From: an uncultured Verrucomicrobiales bacterium
GTDB lineage: Bacteria > Verrucomicrobiota > Verrucomicrobiia > Verrucomicrobiales > Akkermansiaceae
Assembly: GCA_937901085.1 (NCBI GenBank)
Contig: CALCHQ010000085.1
Span: 2,041 to 66,040, forward strand
Reading direction: 5' to 3'
Length of the DNA stretch: 64,000 bases
Position 1 is the first letter of the stretch; each line of letters starts with the position of its first letter. Position numbers and translations under genes: made by a program. The notes under the pieces are model-generated. The model was given only the letters and a program-made list of their open reading frames with translations. It was not told where the DNA came from and searched no databases. Below, piece by piece: positions 43,426-53,620 of the stretch.

Positions 43426-44658
43426 ATGCCCGCTAACCGGCACAGCCAGCTGCTCTACTACATCCAGCTCTCCCAGGGAGAACTGGAAGGGCCATACAGC
43501 ATCCGTGAGCTGCGCGAAATGCTGCAACGCGACCTCATCAGCAGCGAAACCCTGCTGGTGGAACAGGGCAAGCCGGAAATCCGGCATCTGGATGAAGTGC
43601 TGAATGCCGTCGAAGCCACCCCTCTGGATGACATCACCGGGCTGCGCGGACTGGGAGGCTTTTCACTGCGGCATTTCTTTGCCGATGTGTTCCGCCGCCA
43701 CTCCACGGAAGAAGTGCTGGAAGTATTCTGCTGCGGCACACCGGCCACCACCCCGCCGCTGCATGCGGTGAACAGCGGATGGCCCAGCCCGTGGATATTT
43801 GCCCGCATGCTCCTGGCCTGCATCCTGCTCTATTTCGGCTTCAACTGGGCCAGCAATACCTTTCAGAATCCCAACCTGATTCCCGGTCTCATCTTTGTGG
43901 GCAACTTTGCCATTCCGTTCTGCGTGGCCATCCTGTTCTTTGAACTGAACGTGCGCCGGGAGGTTCCCTTCATGGAACTCATGCGCGCCATGTTCTATGG
44001 AGGCCTGATATCGCTCATCTTCACCCTCACGCTGGTGGAATTCAGCCCGGAAATCCGTCCCTGGGTGGCAGGGCCGGTTGAAGAACCCGCCAAGTTGCTG
44101 GCCGTCATGCTGATAGCCGGCCGCCGCCGCAATGGCCGCATCCTGACCGGCCTGCTGCTGGGAGCCGGTGTAGGGGCGGGTTTTGCCGCCTTTGAAAGCT
44201 CCGGCTACACCTTTACCGAACTCGTGCGCTACATCACCAGCAGCACCACAGCCCAGCTCGTCAGCACCTTCAACCCCTTGCAGGGGCAGGCTCTGGCCGC
44301 CTGTGCCGACAGCATCGACCCCGATGCCGTCATGCAAGTACGCGCCCTCATCACCCCGTTCGGCCACATCGTCTGGACGGCCATCACCGCCGGTGCATAC
44401 TGGCTGGTGCAGCACCAGCGCATCCTCGAAGGGAAGCGCGACTACCACGACACCCGCATCGACTGGAGCATCCTGTCAGATTTCCGTTTCCTGCGTATCG
44501 CCCTGGTTTCCGTCGTGCTGCACCTGGTGTGGAACACAGCCTGGCTGGAGGGCTTCGGGCTGCTGCGCTTCCTGGTGCTGGGCATCATTGCCTGGGCCGT
44601 AGCCCTGCGGCTCGTCCAGGCAGGTCTGCACCAGATTCGTCAGGAAAAGGGAAATTGA
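43426..44658 (+). CDS. PrsW-family intramembrane protease with N-terminal GYF_2-like domain
   Basis: EGPYSIREL N-terminus; GPVEEPAK, GFAAFESSGY, GHIVWT, LHLVWN. Confidence 0.85.
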   Translation: MPANRHSQLLYYIQLSQGELEGPYSIRELREMLQRDLISSETLLVEQGKPEIRHLDEVLNAVEATPLDDITGLRGLGGFSLRHFFADVFRRHSTEEVLEVFCCGTPATTPPLHAVNSGWPSPWIFARMLLACILLYFGFNWASNTFQNPNLIPGLIFVGNFAIPFCVAILFFELNVRREVPFMELMRAMFYGGLISLIFTLTLVEFSPEIRPWVAGPVEEPAKLLAVMLIAGRRRNGRILTGLLLGAGVGAGFAAFESSGYTFTELVRYITSSTTAQLVSTFNPLQGQALAACADSIDPDAVMQVRALITPFGHIVWTAITAGAYWLVQHQRILEGKRDYHDTRIDWSILSDFRFLRIALVSVVLHLVWNTAWLEGFGLLRFLVLGIIAWAVALRLVQAGLHQIRQEKGN

Positions 44659-44663
44659 AGTCG

Positions 44664-47645
44664 TCAGCGTTCTGCACCCTTATAGTGCCGGCACAAGTCC
44701 AGATACGCCTCCGTCAGTTCCTGAGCAAAAGCCTCCCCCTGTTCCGGGTGCAGCGTTGCGGCCTGAGACAGTACGGCCAGCCGCCTGAACAAGGGAGAAT
44801 CCGGCTGGAACTTCGGCAGGAAAAGTCTTGATTTCTTTAGACTGAACCCATTGGTCTTGAATGTACTGTGCATATAACTGACCACAATGGAGCTATTCAG
44901 TACACCGTTGATGTAGTGCGCCTCATCTTCGCTAATGAAGTTCTTATCCTTATCCTGACTGATGATGATGGTATGCTTGACGCAGATGGTCTGCTTGCGT
45001 TCCCCCCAGGGCGTGGCGCCAGGCCCGACCACCGCCGAGCAGAAGCGCGTATTGTCGCGCGCCGCCACCATGACAGGAGCAAAGGTATACGGGCCTATCT
45101 TGGATAAGGCGTAAAACTCGCCACCCCGGTGCATGGCTCTGCTCTTGGCAGACTGTTGCTCCATCAGCCCCCGCTGCGCAGCAAAGTAGTCTGCCAGGGC
45201 AGGATGCTCCTTCTGCAGCTCTGCCAGAGGAATGGGCATACGGGTCTGCCCTGCCCGGTATGGGATGATATGGAACTTGCCCCCGCAATCATAGGCAAAG
45301 GGTCTGACATCCGGGCCTTCCAGCATCGGGTAAATCAACGCCGTCGAAAAGTCCCAGCCACCGGCAGGCATTCCCTCCACCTTGTAGCGGGCGTTTTTCA
45401 GCATCCTGTTCCTGAATCGGTAGTGATGTTCCTTGCCGGAAACACCTGCCGCGAGCAATTTGAACACCTCAAAGGGAGTCGATTCCACCCCCGTCCGGTA
45501 CAGGTAAGCAGTTTCCCCTGTAATGAGGTCATACGCCCCGCCTGTGGCATCGTATGTAAAGGCACTCGATGTGGCAGAAAGCTGCCGGGCCATGCAGGTA
45601 GAGAACCTGAGCCAGGGACGCAGTTCTTCAAAGGTAGCCAGTTCCTGCATCAGGGAATCAGCCACCCGCTTTCGCCTCGAAATCTCCGTCACTTCCACCC
45701 CTTTTCCATAGTCCTGTTTCCTGAAACCATAGTAATAGGTATTGAAATCCTGCATCACCACTTCATCCCCCACCTTGAACGGCCGCAGAGGCGGCAGCCA
45801 CCTGTCCAGCTTCTGCAAGTACAGGCGAGTCCTTTTACCGGCATCCACATAGAAATGCCGGAACTCCTCGTACGAGTTCTGAGACATCAGGCTGTCCGGC
45901 ATCAGAAAGGCCAGAATCCCCTTTGGGTGCAGCCAACGCACAGCGACCGCATGGGCAACCAGTGCGCACAGATTCAGCTGCGCACCGCCATACATCCCCC
46001 CATCCCGGCAGAACAAGCGGCGGGTATCACCGCATTCTCTGATTTTCTGTGTGTAGGAAGCCGGGAGATGCTCCCACTTCACCCAGGGAGGATTACCGAC
46101 AATCAACTCGTATGAGGAGCGCCGCGGCAGCCTGGTTTCCGCCCCCTCAAGAACATACAGCCCCGCCAGCGCCCGCGTGCAGCGCTCCAACTCATGCGAT
46201 GGGCATTCCGCATCGGGCCCCTGTCCCGGCAGCGCGGAATCCCCCAGGTAGACAGGGATTTCCACATCCCCCACCGGCCCCAGTTGGAGCAGAGCCAGTA
46301 AATAATTGACGCGGGCAGACAACACCGCCAGCGGGTTGATATCCACGCCGTGAACACGCTCCAGTACCGAACGCTGCAGAGCCACCCTTTCTTCCGGGGC
46401 CAACAGGCATAGAGGGCGATTTCCGACCACTTTCCGGATGAGCGTGATGAGGAAGCTGCCAGAACCGCAGCAAGGGTCCATGGCCTTCCAATCTTTCCGC
46501 CCTGTCAGGGCCAGGGCTTCCGTCACCACCCGGTCTGCCAGCCAGCCGGGCGTAAAGTATTCCCCAGTAGAATGCCGCACCGGGGGGGGAATCATGCTCA
46601 TGTACAAATCCTTGAAAACATCGACAGGGGCGAACACAACACCCGGAGAAAAGGCAGAATACCGGCTAACCTTCCCGATGATGTCGCGCAGAGCGGCATC
46701 AAAGCGTTCATCCACTTGCGAATCGTCCGCGAACCAGGAAAAGAAGTCCCCCGCGAAGCAGAACGAAGCAGAAGCCGCGCCCTCACGATGTTCCCTTCCG
46801 GCGCTGCCCGCCCCCTGTTCCATGACCCGGCAGGCTATCAGCCGGACGATGAGCGCATAGGTCGTCTGCAAGGCAAACACCCCCTTGCACTCAGATTCCG
46901 CATCGTCAATATCTGCACCCAGGATGCCCGATAGAGCGCGACGCCGTTTTTCACTCTCCCGGCTTCTGACTTTATCTGTTACCGGCAGATGCATCAGCTC
47001 CTTCCACCCGGCATAGAGGCTCTCCGCCCTCTCGCTTATCCGGGTCTTGAGCAGCTGATAGAGCAAGCGGGCAAACGCCCTTGAAACCGATGGCGCATGG
47101 GGAGATACCGCAAAATCACGCACTAGGTTGGAGGGCAGCAGCTTCTTTGTACCATGGTGGAGGATAGCCCTGATAAGGAGGTCGACCCCGCTCTTCGACA
47201 AAGCGGTCAGGGGCGTATGCAGCACCTTATCCCCGCCGAAGGTAAAACAGGCCATCCTGCGGCCATCTGTAAGAATGGCATCGTATGCGCTCTTTGTGGC
47301 ATGATACAGCGTCTCCAGACGGCAGATAAGCTGCGCGCAGGCTGTCTTCCAGGCAGCAGGCGTCAGGAGCGGCCTGTATTCCACAAGCAGGAGGTTCAGC
47401 TCAGTCTCAGCCTGTTCTGCCGCTCCGAAGACATGGCAGATGCCGGCATCGGAGCATTCCCGGCGGTACTCCAGCTTCAGGCCAGGTACCCCGCAGAGCA
47501 GAGAATAGATATCCCGCTCAAAGAAGCTGGCGATTTCCTGCCCTGAGAGAGCCGAGTCGGCACGGCGGATGATGGCGGCCCATGCCGCTTCCACCACGGC
47601 AGGGCTTACCTCCCTGCTCAACCATCGGGGCACCGCTGCTCTCAT
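44664..47645 (-). CDS. N6-adenine DNA methyltransferase, type IIG/Eco57I-like architecture
   Basis: GEYFTP, DPCCGSGSFL, GVDINPLAV, IVGNPPWV, C-terminal target-recognition region ending YINGVLNS. Confidence 0.8.
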   Translation of the reverse strand: MRAAVPRWLSREVSPAVVEAAWAAIIRRADSALSGQEIASFFERDIYSLLCGVPGLKLEYRRECSDAGICHVFGAAEQAETELNLLLVEYRPLLTPAAWKTACAQLICRLETLYHATKSAYDAILTDGRRMACFTFGGDKVLHTPLTALSKSGVDLLIRAILHHGTKKLLPSNLVRDFAVSPHAPSVSRAFARLLYQLLKTRISERAESLYAGWKELMHLPVTDKVRSRESEKRRRALSGILGADIDDAESECKGVFALQTTYALIVRLIACRVMEQGAGSAGREHREGAASASFCFAGDFFSWFADDSQVDERFDAALRDIIGKVSRYSAFSPGVVFAPVDVFKDLYMSMIPPPVRHSTGEYFTPGWLADRVVTEALALTGRKDWKAMDPCCGSGSFLITLIRKVVGNRPLCLLAPEERVALQRSVLERVHGVDINPLAVLSARVNYLLALLQLGPVGDVEIPVYLGDSALPGQGPDAECPSHELERCTRALAGLYVLEGAETRLPRRSSYELIVGNPPWVKWEHLPASYTQKIRECGDTRRLFCRDGGMYGGAQLNLCALVAHAVAVRWLHPKGILAFLMPDSLMSQNSYEEFRHFYVDAGKRTRLYLQKLDRWLPPLRPFKVGDEVVMQDFNTYYYGFRKQDYGKGVEVTEISRRKRVADSLMQELATFEELRPWLRFSTCMARQLSATSSAFTYDATGGAYDLITGETAYLYRTGVESTPFEVFKLLAAGVSGKEHHYRFRNRMLKNARYKVEGMPAGGWDFSTALIYPMLEGPDVRPFAYDCGGKFHIIPYRAGQTRMPIPLAELQKEHPALADYFAAQRGLMEQQSAKSRAMHRGGEFYALSKIGPYTFAPVMVAARDNTRFCSAVVGPGATPWGERKQTICVKHTIIISQDKDKNFISEDEAHYINGVLNSSIVVSYMHSTFKTNGFSLKKSRLFLPKFQPDSPLFRRLAVLSQAATLHPEQGEAFAQELTEAYLDLCRHYKGAER

Positions 47646-47650
47646 ATGCC

Positions 47651-49549
47651 TCACCACTGGTTATTGAGGCTCTTCGTCTCCTTGTGAACCTCCATGTTGC
47701 GCTCTTTCTTGCCGGAAATGGCAGGCGGAGTGCCGGTATCAATGAACAAATCGAGGATTTCCACAGTATTCACGCCCTCTTTCAGGAATTCGGCAGGACA
47801 GTACAGGCGCTCCTGCGGGCCGATGTTCCAGTAACGCCCCAGCAGGTGACCATTCACCCATACATACCCCTTCTGCCAGTCCTTCATATCCAGGAAGGTA
47901 TCGGCGGGCTGTGCCAGTTGCACTTCCGCGCGGTACAAGGCACCGGGGCCGGATGCCTCTGCCGTTCCCTGCTGCGGCACGCCCTTATCCAGCGGCATGA
48001 GCTGCAGACTCCAGTCCTGCACCTCCGCATCCCCCAGCAGCACAGGTCCCACAAGCCCCTTGCGGTCTTTCTCCATGAACTTCGAGAAATTGACATGGCC
48101 GAACGTATCCACCACAATCCTGAGATTCACAGGCTCGGCACGCGCGGGCAATTCCAGGCTCTGCTGGTTCAATCGGCGGTCCAGAGTACCGATGAACTTC
48201 TGCCCCATGTAGACAAAGGCGAAGTCGTGCGCGTCGCAGCGGAGAGTGGCCGCCGGTCCTGCGGGTATACACGCCTGATACACGCCTATGCCCTGGTTCT
48301 GCCCGACACTCTCCAGCGTGCGGGGCTGTGGGAAAGAAGCCCCGGCGGCTGCGTATGCCGCCAACTCCCCGAATGAACACCGCTTGACCGGGGAGAATGG
48401 CGGAATCTCCCCTGCCACCGGCTGCACCGGCTCCGGCACATCGGCCTCCGGCGGCAAGGCTGCCGTGATGATGTCGCGGTACTCAAAATACTCCTTGGTG
48501 AGATTGCCGTTTTCGCCAATGGGGGAACCGTAGTCATAGCTGGTGAGGTCGGGTTCGAACTTCGTGCCATCCGGGTTGGTATTCGCGCCGGCTGTAAGGC
48601 CGAAACTCGTTCCACCGTGAAGCACAAAGAGGTTGAAGGATACGCCATCCTTCATATACCAGCGCACCGACTGAAGTGCATTCCGGCTGGGTGTCCAGTT
48701 ACCCTCGCCCCAATGCCGCAACCAGCCGGGATAGGTCTCGCTGCTGAACACCGGAACACCGGGAGCAACGCGGAGCGCCGTCTGCATCTGCCAGGCATTG
48801 TCAGCGGGGTCAAGCCCCACCGCCACCCCCTGCGGCACAAAGCGAAGGTGGTGAGCAGAGCTGCCCTCCGACAGATAGAAGGGACCAGCCCCTTTCTTTT
48901 CCCAGAAATCCTTGAGCCATTCGATATAGGCCAGCTCGTCATGCTCACTCTTGTAACTGCCGTATTCATTTTCAAGCTGCACCATGAGAATGGGGCCGCC
49001 GTTCTTGCAGAGGCGGGGAATGGCAATATCGGCAATCTTTTCCAGATAGCGGGTCTGAGCCTCCATGAACTGCTTATTGCCGGTGCAACGCAGCGGGGTT
49101 ACGTCGTCCTTGATGAGGTAGGCAGGCAGCCCGCCCAGATCCCATTCGCCGCATACATAGGGGCCGGGGCGGAAAAGCACCCACATCCCCTCTTCCCGGC
49201 ACATATCAATAAATGCGCCGATATCATTGCGCCCGCTGAAATCCCAGCTGCCATCCTCCTGTTCCAGGGCATTCCAGAACACATAGAACGCAATTGTATT
49301 CAATCCCATGGCCTTAGCGGCGCGGATGCGGTGCCGCCAATGCTGCCGAGGCACGCGCTGCGGGTGGATTTCTCCCGAACGAATCTGGAACGGCACGCCA
49401 TCGAGCAGGAATTCCCGGCCATCCGCACCACCAAAGGAAAACTCAGAGGATTGCCCCGCCTCCGGCTTCTGCAGATTCTTCATGGCAGACACACCACCCT
49501 GGGCTCCCAGGGCTGCCATTGCCAGCAGGCAGAAAAAAAGACTTTTCAT
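47651..49549 (-). CDS. GH35 beta-galactosidase
   Basis: Signal peptide MKSLFF; SGEIHPQRVP, RPGPYVCGEW, QLENEYG, SETYPGW, TSYDYGSP, LGRYWNIGPQ. Confidence 0.95.
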   Translation of the reverse strand: MKSLFFCLLAMAALGAQGGVSAMKNLQKPEAGQSSEFSFGGADGREFLLDGVPFQIRSGEIHPQRVPRQHWRHRIRAAKAMGLNTIAFYVFWNALEQEDGSWDFSGRNDIGAFIDMCREEGMWVLFRPGPYVCGEWDLGGLPAYLIKDDVTPLRCTGNKQFMEAQTRYLEKIADIAIPRLCKNGGPILMVQLENEYGSYKSEHDELAYIEWLKDFWEKKGAGPFYLSEGSSAHHLRFVPQGVAVGLDPADNAWQMQTALRVAPGVPVFSSETYPGWLRHWGEGNWTPSRNALQSVRWYMKDGVSFNLFVLHGGTSFGLTAGANTNPDGTKFEPDLTSYDYGSPIGENGNLTKEYFEYRDIITAALPPEADVPEPVQPVAGEIPPFSPVKRCSFGELAAYAAAGASFPQPRTLESVGQNQGIGVYQACIPAGPAATLRCDAHDFAFVYMGQKFIGTLDRRLNQQSLELPARAEPVNLRIVVDTFGHVNFSKFMEKDRKGLVGPVLLGDAEVQDWSLQLMPLDKGVPQQGTAEASGPGALYRAEVQLAQPADTFLDMKDWQKGYVWVNGHLLGRYWNIGPQERLYCPAEFLKEGVNTVEILDLFIDTGTPPAISGKKERNMEVHKETKSLNNQW

Positions 49550-49727
49550 ACATGCCCCTATACCACAAAAAAAAGCCCATGCCCAGAAAAAATTACGCCC
49601 CTGCTCCCGGAAGCAGCTCCCCTTTCGTGCATTCGGCCCGCCGCGCCGTCGCCAATCAGCTCTTTCCGCTTGATTTCCCATGGCGTATATGCTTAAATGA
49701 GCGGCGTACCGCGCAGAAAAACAGTTA

Positions 49728-49857
49728 CTGCGCGTAGAGCCCCCGGGAGGCGGCGGGAAGCCGCAGGAAATAGATGGGAAAGACGGTGAGAATCCGTCGC
49801 TGTGCCGCAACCGTGTTGTACCCGCAAGAGGTACTCAGTCGGAATGCCAGCCATGCG
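49728..49857 (+). promoter_or_regulatory. Cobalamin riboswitch
   Basis: GGGAAagacGGTGagAATCCgtcgCTGtgCCGCAACCGT ... AGTCGGaatgCCaGCC matches the B12-box pattern; lies upstream of a TonB receptor. Confidence 0.85.
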
Positions 49858-49913
49858 GGGTTCGCCACGAAACACGGCGGCGATGCACCGCCGGCTCAAC
49901 GGCCAACACACAG

Positions 49914-51866
49914 ATGAAATACCCAACACAAGCTCCCCTCCGGAGCGCAACACGCATTGTGCCTGCCCTCTTGCTGGCAGGCTTCAGCTCCGTCCACGCG
50001 GCGGAAGAATCACCCGTCACGGAACTACCGTCCATCACCGTCTCGGCGCACAGCGGCACGGCCATTCCCTACGACAGCACCGGCTGCTCTGTCACGGTAC
50101 TGGATATTCCCCAACTGGAAAAGGAGGGCATCTATTCCCTGAGCGAAGCGCTCACCACCGTACCCGGAGTCTTCGTCACGCCGGGGGGCGGGCTCTCCGG
50201 CCGGGGCAACGCCTCTAAAGCCATCATCCGCGGCCTGGGGCGGGATTCCTACCTGCTGCCCATGATTGACGGCATGCTGGCCAACACCAGCAACGGCAGC
50301 AGCCTGGTGACCTCCAACCTCATCGCCCGCAGCAATTTGTTCGACCTGGGCAATGTGGAAGTGCTGCGAGGCGCGCAGGCCGCCAGCTACGGCGGCGGCG
50401 CCATCAGCGGTGTCCTGTTCATGGAAACACCCCGTGGCGAAGGCAAGCCCGGGTTCCGCCTGTTTCAGGAACACGGCAGCAACAATGCCTTTACCTCTAA
50501 CATCTCCACCCAGGGGCAGCTCGACAAGCTGCATTTCTTTCTCTCCTGCACCTACGAAACAACGGAGAACGACATCCGCTCCGCCGATGGCTCACGCCCG
50601 GCTGACCCCGGAGCCGGAAGCTTCGAGAACTTTGCCCAGGCGCTGCGCCTGGATTACGAACTGAACGAAAGCACCGTCTTTACCACGACTTACAGACGGG
50701 AGGATGCCGAATACCAGTATTCGGGCAAGGACTGGTATGGAGGCGGCTGGATGCCCAACGAACTCCGAACCTTCCGCAGCAATCTGATAACGGCCAGGGT
50801 AGAAAGCAAGGTCAATAGCTTCTACACCGCCAGCCTGATGGGCGGGTACTACGGCACCGACAACATGTTCGGGCGCGGCTCCAATCATGATTTACGCAAT
50901 GTGCAGGTGGAATGGCGCAATGTCCTGCGCTGGTGCAGGCATCAGACCACCACGGTTCATTTCCGCTGGACGCGCAGCCAGTTCGACAGCACTTCCATTT
51001 ACGAACCGCGCGGCAATGACAACATCAACCGCACGATGGAGAATGTGTATTCCCTGGCGCTGGAACACACCTGGCAACCCACCAGCAGCTGGACAAGTTC
51101 CCTTGCCGCGCGGCTGGATTACAGCAGCATCCACCAGGCCATGCCCACCGTGCGCGCCTCCAGCTCCTATAGTTTCAACAATGATGCCACACGCATCTTC
51201 GGCTCATTCGGCCGCGGCTACCGCAGCCCCGGCTCATTTGAACGCAGCTCCGGGGTTCTCCCGGCATGGGGATACGCCCTCTACCACGGCAATCCCCGCC
51301 TCAAATGCGAAACCAGCTGGAGCGGTGACCTCGGCATCGAACATCAACTGGGCGAAACTCACCTCCTGTCCCTCACCTGGTTCTGGCAGCAGACAAAAGA
51401 CTACATCCGGGCCGTACCGAAAGCGGGTGAATACTATTTCGTCAATGACCCGGCACATTGGACCAGCCAGGGGGTGGAAATGGCGCTCACCGGCGAACTG
51501 GGAGATGCCTGGAACACAGGCTATACCCTCGCGTTCACCTACACCCAGCCCAAGGACGCGAACGACGCCGCCCTGCCGGACAGCTGCCGCCAGGTCTGGA
51601 GTGCCGATATCCACACCAGCCCTCTGGAAAGCCTGACCGTCGGCCTTGGCGCTGCGGCCGTCACCGGACGCCGGGATTATGACGGCTCGCGCATGGATTC
51701 CTACTGCACGCTGCGCTGCTATGCCGAATACGCCATCAACGAACACCTCAAACTGCACGCCCGCGTGGAAAACCTGATGGATGAGGAGTATGTGACGGAT
51801 AGCGCTTCCGGGGACATACTGGCCACCGGCACGGCCTTCTACGGGGGCTTCACCTTCACATACTGA
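49914..51866 (+). CDS. TonB-dependent receptor, BtuB-like
   Basis: Signal peptide, TonB box ITVSA, plug IRGLG / VEVLRGAQAASYG, GNPRLK.E, RVENLMDEEY, terminal aromatic residue. Confidence 0.88.
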   Translation: MKYPTQAPLRSATRIVPALLLAGFSSVHAAEESPVTELPSITVSAHSGTAIPYDSTGCSVTVLDIPQLEKEGIYSLSEALTTVPGVFVTPGGGLSGRGNASKAIIRGLGRDSYLLPMIDGMLANTSNGSSLVTSNLIARSNLFDLGNVEVLRGAQAASYGGGAISGVLFMETPRGEGKPGFRLFQEHGSNNAFTSNISTQGQLDKLHFFLSCTYETTENDIRSADGSRPADPGAGSFENFAQALRLDYELNESTVFTTTYRREDAEYQYSGKDWYGGGWMPNELRTFRSNLITARVESKVNSFYTASLMGGYYGTDNMFGRGSNHDLRNVQVEWRNVLRWCRHQTTTVHFRWTRSQFDSTSIYEPRGNDNINRTMENVYSLALEHTWQPTSSWTSSLAARLDYSSIHQAMPTVRASSSYSFNNDATRIFGSFGRGYRSPGSFERSSGVLPAWGYALYHGNPRLKCETSWSGDLGIEHQLGETHLLSLTWFWQQTKDYIRAVPKAGEYYFVNDPAHWTSQGVEMALTGELGDAWNTGYTLAFTYTQPKDANDAALPDSCRQVWSADIHTSPLESLTVGLGAAAVTGRRDYDGSRMDSYCTLRCYAEYAINEHLKLHARVENLMDEEYVTDSASGDILATGTAFYGGFTFTY

Positions 51867-53620
51867 TGAAGCGAGCCCTTGCTTTCCTGTTCCTGGTGAT
51901 AGCGGCACTTGCCTGGTGGAGTACCTCCCGGCAAGCCGCTCCTCTCACCCTGGCCGGTGAATCAAGTGAGCCTGCTGCCTACCCGGCCGATTTCGCCCAG
52001 CGGCTCAGCCAGGCCAGCGCTGTGAAACTCGAATGGCAAGCCCCCCTGCCCGGCCACCTTTCCTGGCAGACAGCAGTAGAACAGCCCTCCCCCGGCGACC
52101 CTGCCGCCCGGAAAGGCGGCAGGGTACGCCTGCCCAACGCCGGTCCATACCCGGCCCATTTCCTGCGCTTCGGCGGGGGAACGCCCCAATTTTTCCACCA
52201 GAACCTGCAGGCCGCTACTGACATCCCGCTCCTGTCCGCGCACCCCCTCACCGGAGAGATAGCCGCCGGCGTTGCAGAAGCCTGGGCCATTGACGGCAAC
52301 TGCGTCTATTTCCGCCTGAATCCCGCCGCCCGCTATAACAACGGCCGCCCCGTGCGTGCCGGGGATTACCTGCTGGCCGCCCTGCTGCAGGCTGAGCAGC
52401 ATTGCGCTGAATACGAAGCGCTGGCACAAGCCTTTGCCTCCATCAGCGTACACGACGAGCAGCACTTATCCGTCACCATGCGGGAAAAGGCCGATGCCCT
52501 TGCAGCCGCCGCCCTGCTGCAGGCGGCGGAACCCGGTTTCTACCGCGAATTCAACCAGAGCTTCCGCGAAACGTACGCCCAGCGCATTCCCCCAGCCACC
52601 GGGCCGTACCGCGTGAGCCGGGTGGAACGCGGGCGCTGTATCGAACTGCAACGCCTCGCCCGCTGGTGGGGTGAATCCCTGCCGCTCTACCGCCACCAAT
52701 TCAACGCCGATACGCTCGAATACCACTTTCTGTCCAGCGAGGCGCAGGTCTGGGAATTCCTGCTGCGCGGCAGGCTCGATGCCTTGCAGACCCGCAACAT
52801 CGCGGCCTGGCAGGAACGCGCCGAACCCGCAGAGGGCTTCGTGCGCTGCGTCTACGATGCCGAATACCCCCTGCCGCCCTACGGCATTGCCCTCAATGCC
52901 CGCACGCTGCCGGATGTGGAGTTGCGCCGGGGCCTGCTGCACGCCATGGATATGGACGGCGCCCTGGCGCTGATGAGCCGGGGAGAGGGGCAGCGCCTCC
53001 GCACTTTCCACTCCGGATACGGCGCGCTCACGCCGCAGCACACCCCGCAGCAGCACTTCGACCCCGCCGCCGCCCGCGCAGCCTTTGCCCGCGCCGGCTA
53101 CACCAGCACCGGGGAGGACGGCATCCTGCGCCGGGCAGACGGCACCCGCCTCAGCCTTACCTTGCTCTACACCCCACACGAAAAGATAAGTGCGCTGCTC
53201 AGCTGCCTCATCCGCAGCGCCGCGCATTGCGGGGCGGAAATCGTGCCGGAACCCGTTCCCTGGCAAAGCTGCCAGCGCCGCCTGCAGGAACGCAGCCACC
53301 AGCTTGTCTTCTGGGCCATGCCCGCCCCCGCAAAGCCCAATCCTGCCCTGTTCTTCTCCCCTGGTGCTGAACCGGCCGCCTCTCCTTTCGGGCTGGATGA
53401 TGCCGGCATGAATGCAGCCATGGCCCGCTACGAAGCCCAGCCCTCTGCCGGAAACCTTGCCGGCATCGATCAGCTGGTGGCCGGGCTTGCCGTGTGGCTG
53501 CCCGGCTGGAAAGAAAACCGCGTCTACCTGATACACCACCCCCGGCTGCACATCCCGCCCAGCCCCTGGTGTTACGAAACTCTCGATGCCCACCTCTTCT
53601 GGGTCAGCCCTGCCCCATGA
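51866..53620 (+). CDS. Family-5 (oligopeptide/YejA-like) extracellular solute-binding protein
   Basis: GDPAARKGG, GVAEAW, FRLNPAARYNNGRPV, PPATGPY, GEDGILRRADG. Confidence 0.8.
   Translation: MKRALAFLFLVIAALAWWSTSRQAAPLTLAGESSEPAAYPADFAQRLSQASAVKLEWQAPLPGHLSWQTAVEQPSPGDPAARKGGRVRLPNAGPYPAHFLRFGGGTPQFFHQNLQAATDIPLLSAHPLTGEIAAGVAEAWAIDGNCVYFRLNPAARYNNGRPVRAGDYLLAALLQAEQHCAEYEALAQAFASISVHDEQHLSVTMREKADALAAAALLQAAEPGFYREFNQSFRETYAQRIPPATGPYRVSRVERGRCIELQRLARWWGESLPLYRHQFNADTLEYHFLSSEAQVWEFLLRGRLDALQTRNIAAWQERAEPAEGFVRCVYDAEYPLPPYGIALNARTLPDVELRRGLLHAMDMDGALALMSRGEGQRLRTFHSGYGALTPQHTPQQHFDPAAARAAFARAGYTSTGEDGILRRADGTRLSLTLLYTPHEKISALLSCLIRSAAHCGAEIVPEPVPWQSCQRRLQERSHQLVFWAMPAPAKPNPALFFSPGAEPAASPFGLDDAGMNAAMARYEAQPSAGNLAGIDQLVAGLAVWLPGWKENRVYLIHHPRLHIPPSPWCYETLDAHLFWVSPAP

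Noticed and set aside
49550..49810. N-terminal extension of the GH35 ORF in the ORF track
   Set aside because: Overlaps the riboswitch and promoter region; the signal peptide starts at 49549
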